DNA from: Octopus sinensis
Lineage: Eukaryota
Direction of reading: 5' to 3'
Length of the DNA stretch: 53,544 bases
NCBI RefSeq assembly: GCF_006345805.1
Contig: NW_021834673.1
Location: 1 to 53,544, forward strand
Program-made: the position numbers and the translations under genes
Part shown: positions 51,541 through 53,544 of the stretch, piece after piece
Layout of the letters: each line of letters opens with the position of its first letter
Position numbering within the stretch: the stretch's first letter is position 1
The notes under the pieces: generated by a model
Told to the model about the DNA's origin: nothing
The model's input: only the letters and a program-made list of their open reading frames with translations
Databases searched by the model: none

Positions 51541-52988
51541 TGTTTCTTTATTAGCCACACAGGGCTTCACACAGTTAGAACAAATTACAAGGTAGAGCTT
51601 TTCTTTTGGGGGTAAAAAAAAGGGGGTTGAGTTTCGATCAAAAGGGATCGTGAAAGGAAAGAAAGAGGACAAAAAAGGGGAGGATTTAAAAAATAAAAGT
51701 AAAGGGGAGAGGAAAAAAACTTGATCAATAGGGATCGTAATCACAGAAATGTCAATATGAAGTGTAAAGAAAAATCTACGGAAAAGACCACGGTAACCTC
51801 GGTCAATGAAGTCACATGTTATATTTCTTTCTTATATTTTTTTTGCATATAAGCAACTCTCTGTATTAATTTTTACGGTTCATAGAATCATAGTCAAGGT
51901 GGCTTCGTCATTCATACGTGCCATCCTTGCTACATTCACCCATCTTTTTTTAAAACATTCGCTAGACAAAATTTGCCTCTCTACTCTCACTTTCCTCTTC
52001 ATGTGATACTTGAAGAAGTTGATGAGAGATTGACCAGAGAGGAAAGTGTTTGTCTCCAATCCTTTCGGGCGCGTCCACCAGATACATTCTTTCGCCATAG
52101 CCACAAGTATGATAGGAAGGAGGCGTGACGATATTAACGATAGACTCGGCTGATAAACCGACAGTCCCACACGTGACAGCAGTCGTTCGACATAAGCCCA
52201 CAGGTCGGAAATTGCTGGACACTGAACGATTGCGTGCAGAGCGGTTTCGTCGCTCTGCCCGCATCTCGGGCAGGTCGGCCCCGTGTTTCTCGAGCCATGC
52301 CTATAGAGCTTATCCCGAACGGGTAGCGCTTCTCGGTAGCACCGCCAGGCCAGGGATCTCTAGAAGTTGTCCATAGGTCCCGGGCCGAAAGTCGTTTGAA
52401 ACAGGCGGGTCAGGTATTCCTCGTCGACGCCCAGGTTTCCCACCAGATCGTCGTCGTACCTCCCCTCCACTAATCCCCTATAGAATTCTTTGGTTGTGTT
52501 GAAGTCACTCAAGGTCGACCTGGGACGGCAGAGTTGCTTGAGAGCAACGCGACACTCGCGGTGCCATTCGCCCTTCCTCGGCCTCTTTTTGACCCACGAC
52601 TGTTGTTCGGTCATGGAGACGAGTTGCGGGAATGCGTGCCTCACAAACGGTGACCACACCTGTTCACCGTCGTCTACATAGAGCCGGAGATGTCGCAGTC
52701 TCAGCGCGTGTCTGCGCATCATCAACCACGGCATGCCCAGCCCTTCTTTTAACGGGTGTTGGCAGCAAATGGATCGCCTGACCATCGGGACGCATCCTTT
52801 CCACAAGAAGCGGAAGAGGATGCGTTCTAGTTTGGTGATGGTAGGGTCGGGACAAGGTACGACGGTCAGGCGGTAGTAGATGATGGACGCGATGTAGGCT
52901 TTCGCCACCTCCGCCCGACCTTTTAGGGACACTTTCCTCTCGGCCCATTGCTGGGCGAGAGTGACCACCCTACTCGTTATCTCGTTCC
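51541..52988 (-). mobile_element. Tx1-C in (GATA)n (copy 3)
   Basis: ORF 52360-53094 contains the longest open ORF2 stretch; same ends as the other copies. Confidence 0.9.
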
Positions 52989-53405
52989 AGATAGATAGAT
53001 AGATATGTAGATATATAGGTAGATAGATAGATAGATAGATTGATAGATAGATAGATAGATAGAAGATCGATTGATTGATCGATAGATAGATCATTTTCTA
53101 TTGTTGCATCCTTTAAAATTTCAGGAACACAAACCATAGAGCTTCAATTCCCGTTCGCTGTCTTCGATGAGATCCGACAATTCTAATTTATGGCGTAGAA
53201 TTTAAACCATAGCTGTAAACAATTCCTTACGTTTGTCATCCATTGGGCTGCGCCTATGCTGGGGCACTGCCTTAAAGTGTTTTAGTCGCACAAATCGACC
53301 CCAGTATTTGTTGTTAAGCCTGCTGCGTATTCTCGCGATCCCTTCCGCTGATTTGCCTACAGTTACGCAACTTTATACTTTTGATTTTTTTTTATTACTT
53401 ACCAG

Positions 53406-53544
53406 AAAAAAGAAAAACATGAATGCAATTATCGTCAGCGGCAGGCAATTCTGAATCAGACGTAAATGCTTTGAAAATGATGTGGTAAAAATGTGAAAAG
53501 TTTCAAGTGGTTGTAAGGAATTTAACAAGATACCGATCGGCCAA
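53406..53544 (+). pseudogene. Possible cysteine-cap exon remnant (copy 3, runs off the window)
   Basis: Homologous to 14294-14443. Confidence 0.35.

Noticed and set aside
52360-53094. 244 aa ORF as a functional protein
   Set aside because: It starts inside (TATC)n and continues into a 5'-truncated LINE ORF2 lacking endonuclease and RT core.

Overview
AT-rich, microsatellite-dense eukaryotic DNA whose repeat content points to an octopod cephalopod (inferred; no barcode gene is present). No intact protein-coding gene, rRNA, tRNA gene or CRISPR array is supported. The window is a rearranged tandem array of a few recurring modules. Most modules are retroelement debris: three Tx1/L1-like LINE fragments, an R4/Dong-like RLE LINE, a Penelope-like GIY-YIG remnant, tRNA-derived SINEs and a TTAA-flanked MITE. 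Between the repeats lie decayed plus-strand exons that read, in the correct order, as the ectodomain of a leucine-rich-repeat GPCR (glycoprotein-hormone-receptor/LGR-like: Cys cap, LRR exons, YPS..CCF hinge box). The LRR/hinge exons occur four times and the cap exon three times; no 7TM region could be recognised. Other notable signals: LINEs sitting in specific microsatellites, one (AAT)n tract with three insertion states, a ~460 bp tail-to-tail inverted repeat duplicated in a 4.05 kb tandem, a degenerate hammerhead motif, and module junctions with microhomology or templated inserts. All protein similarities are by eye and need profile searches.
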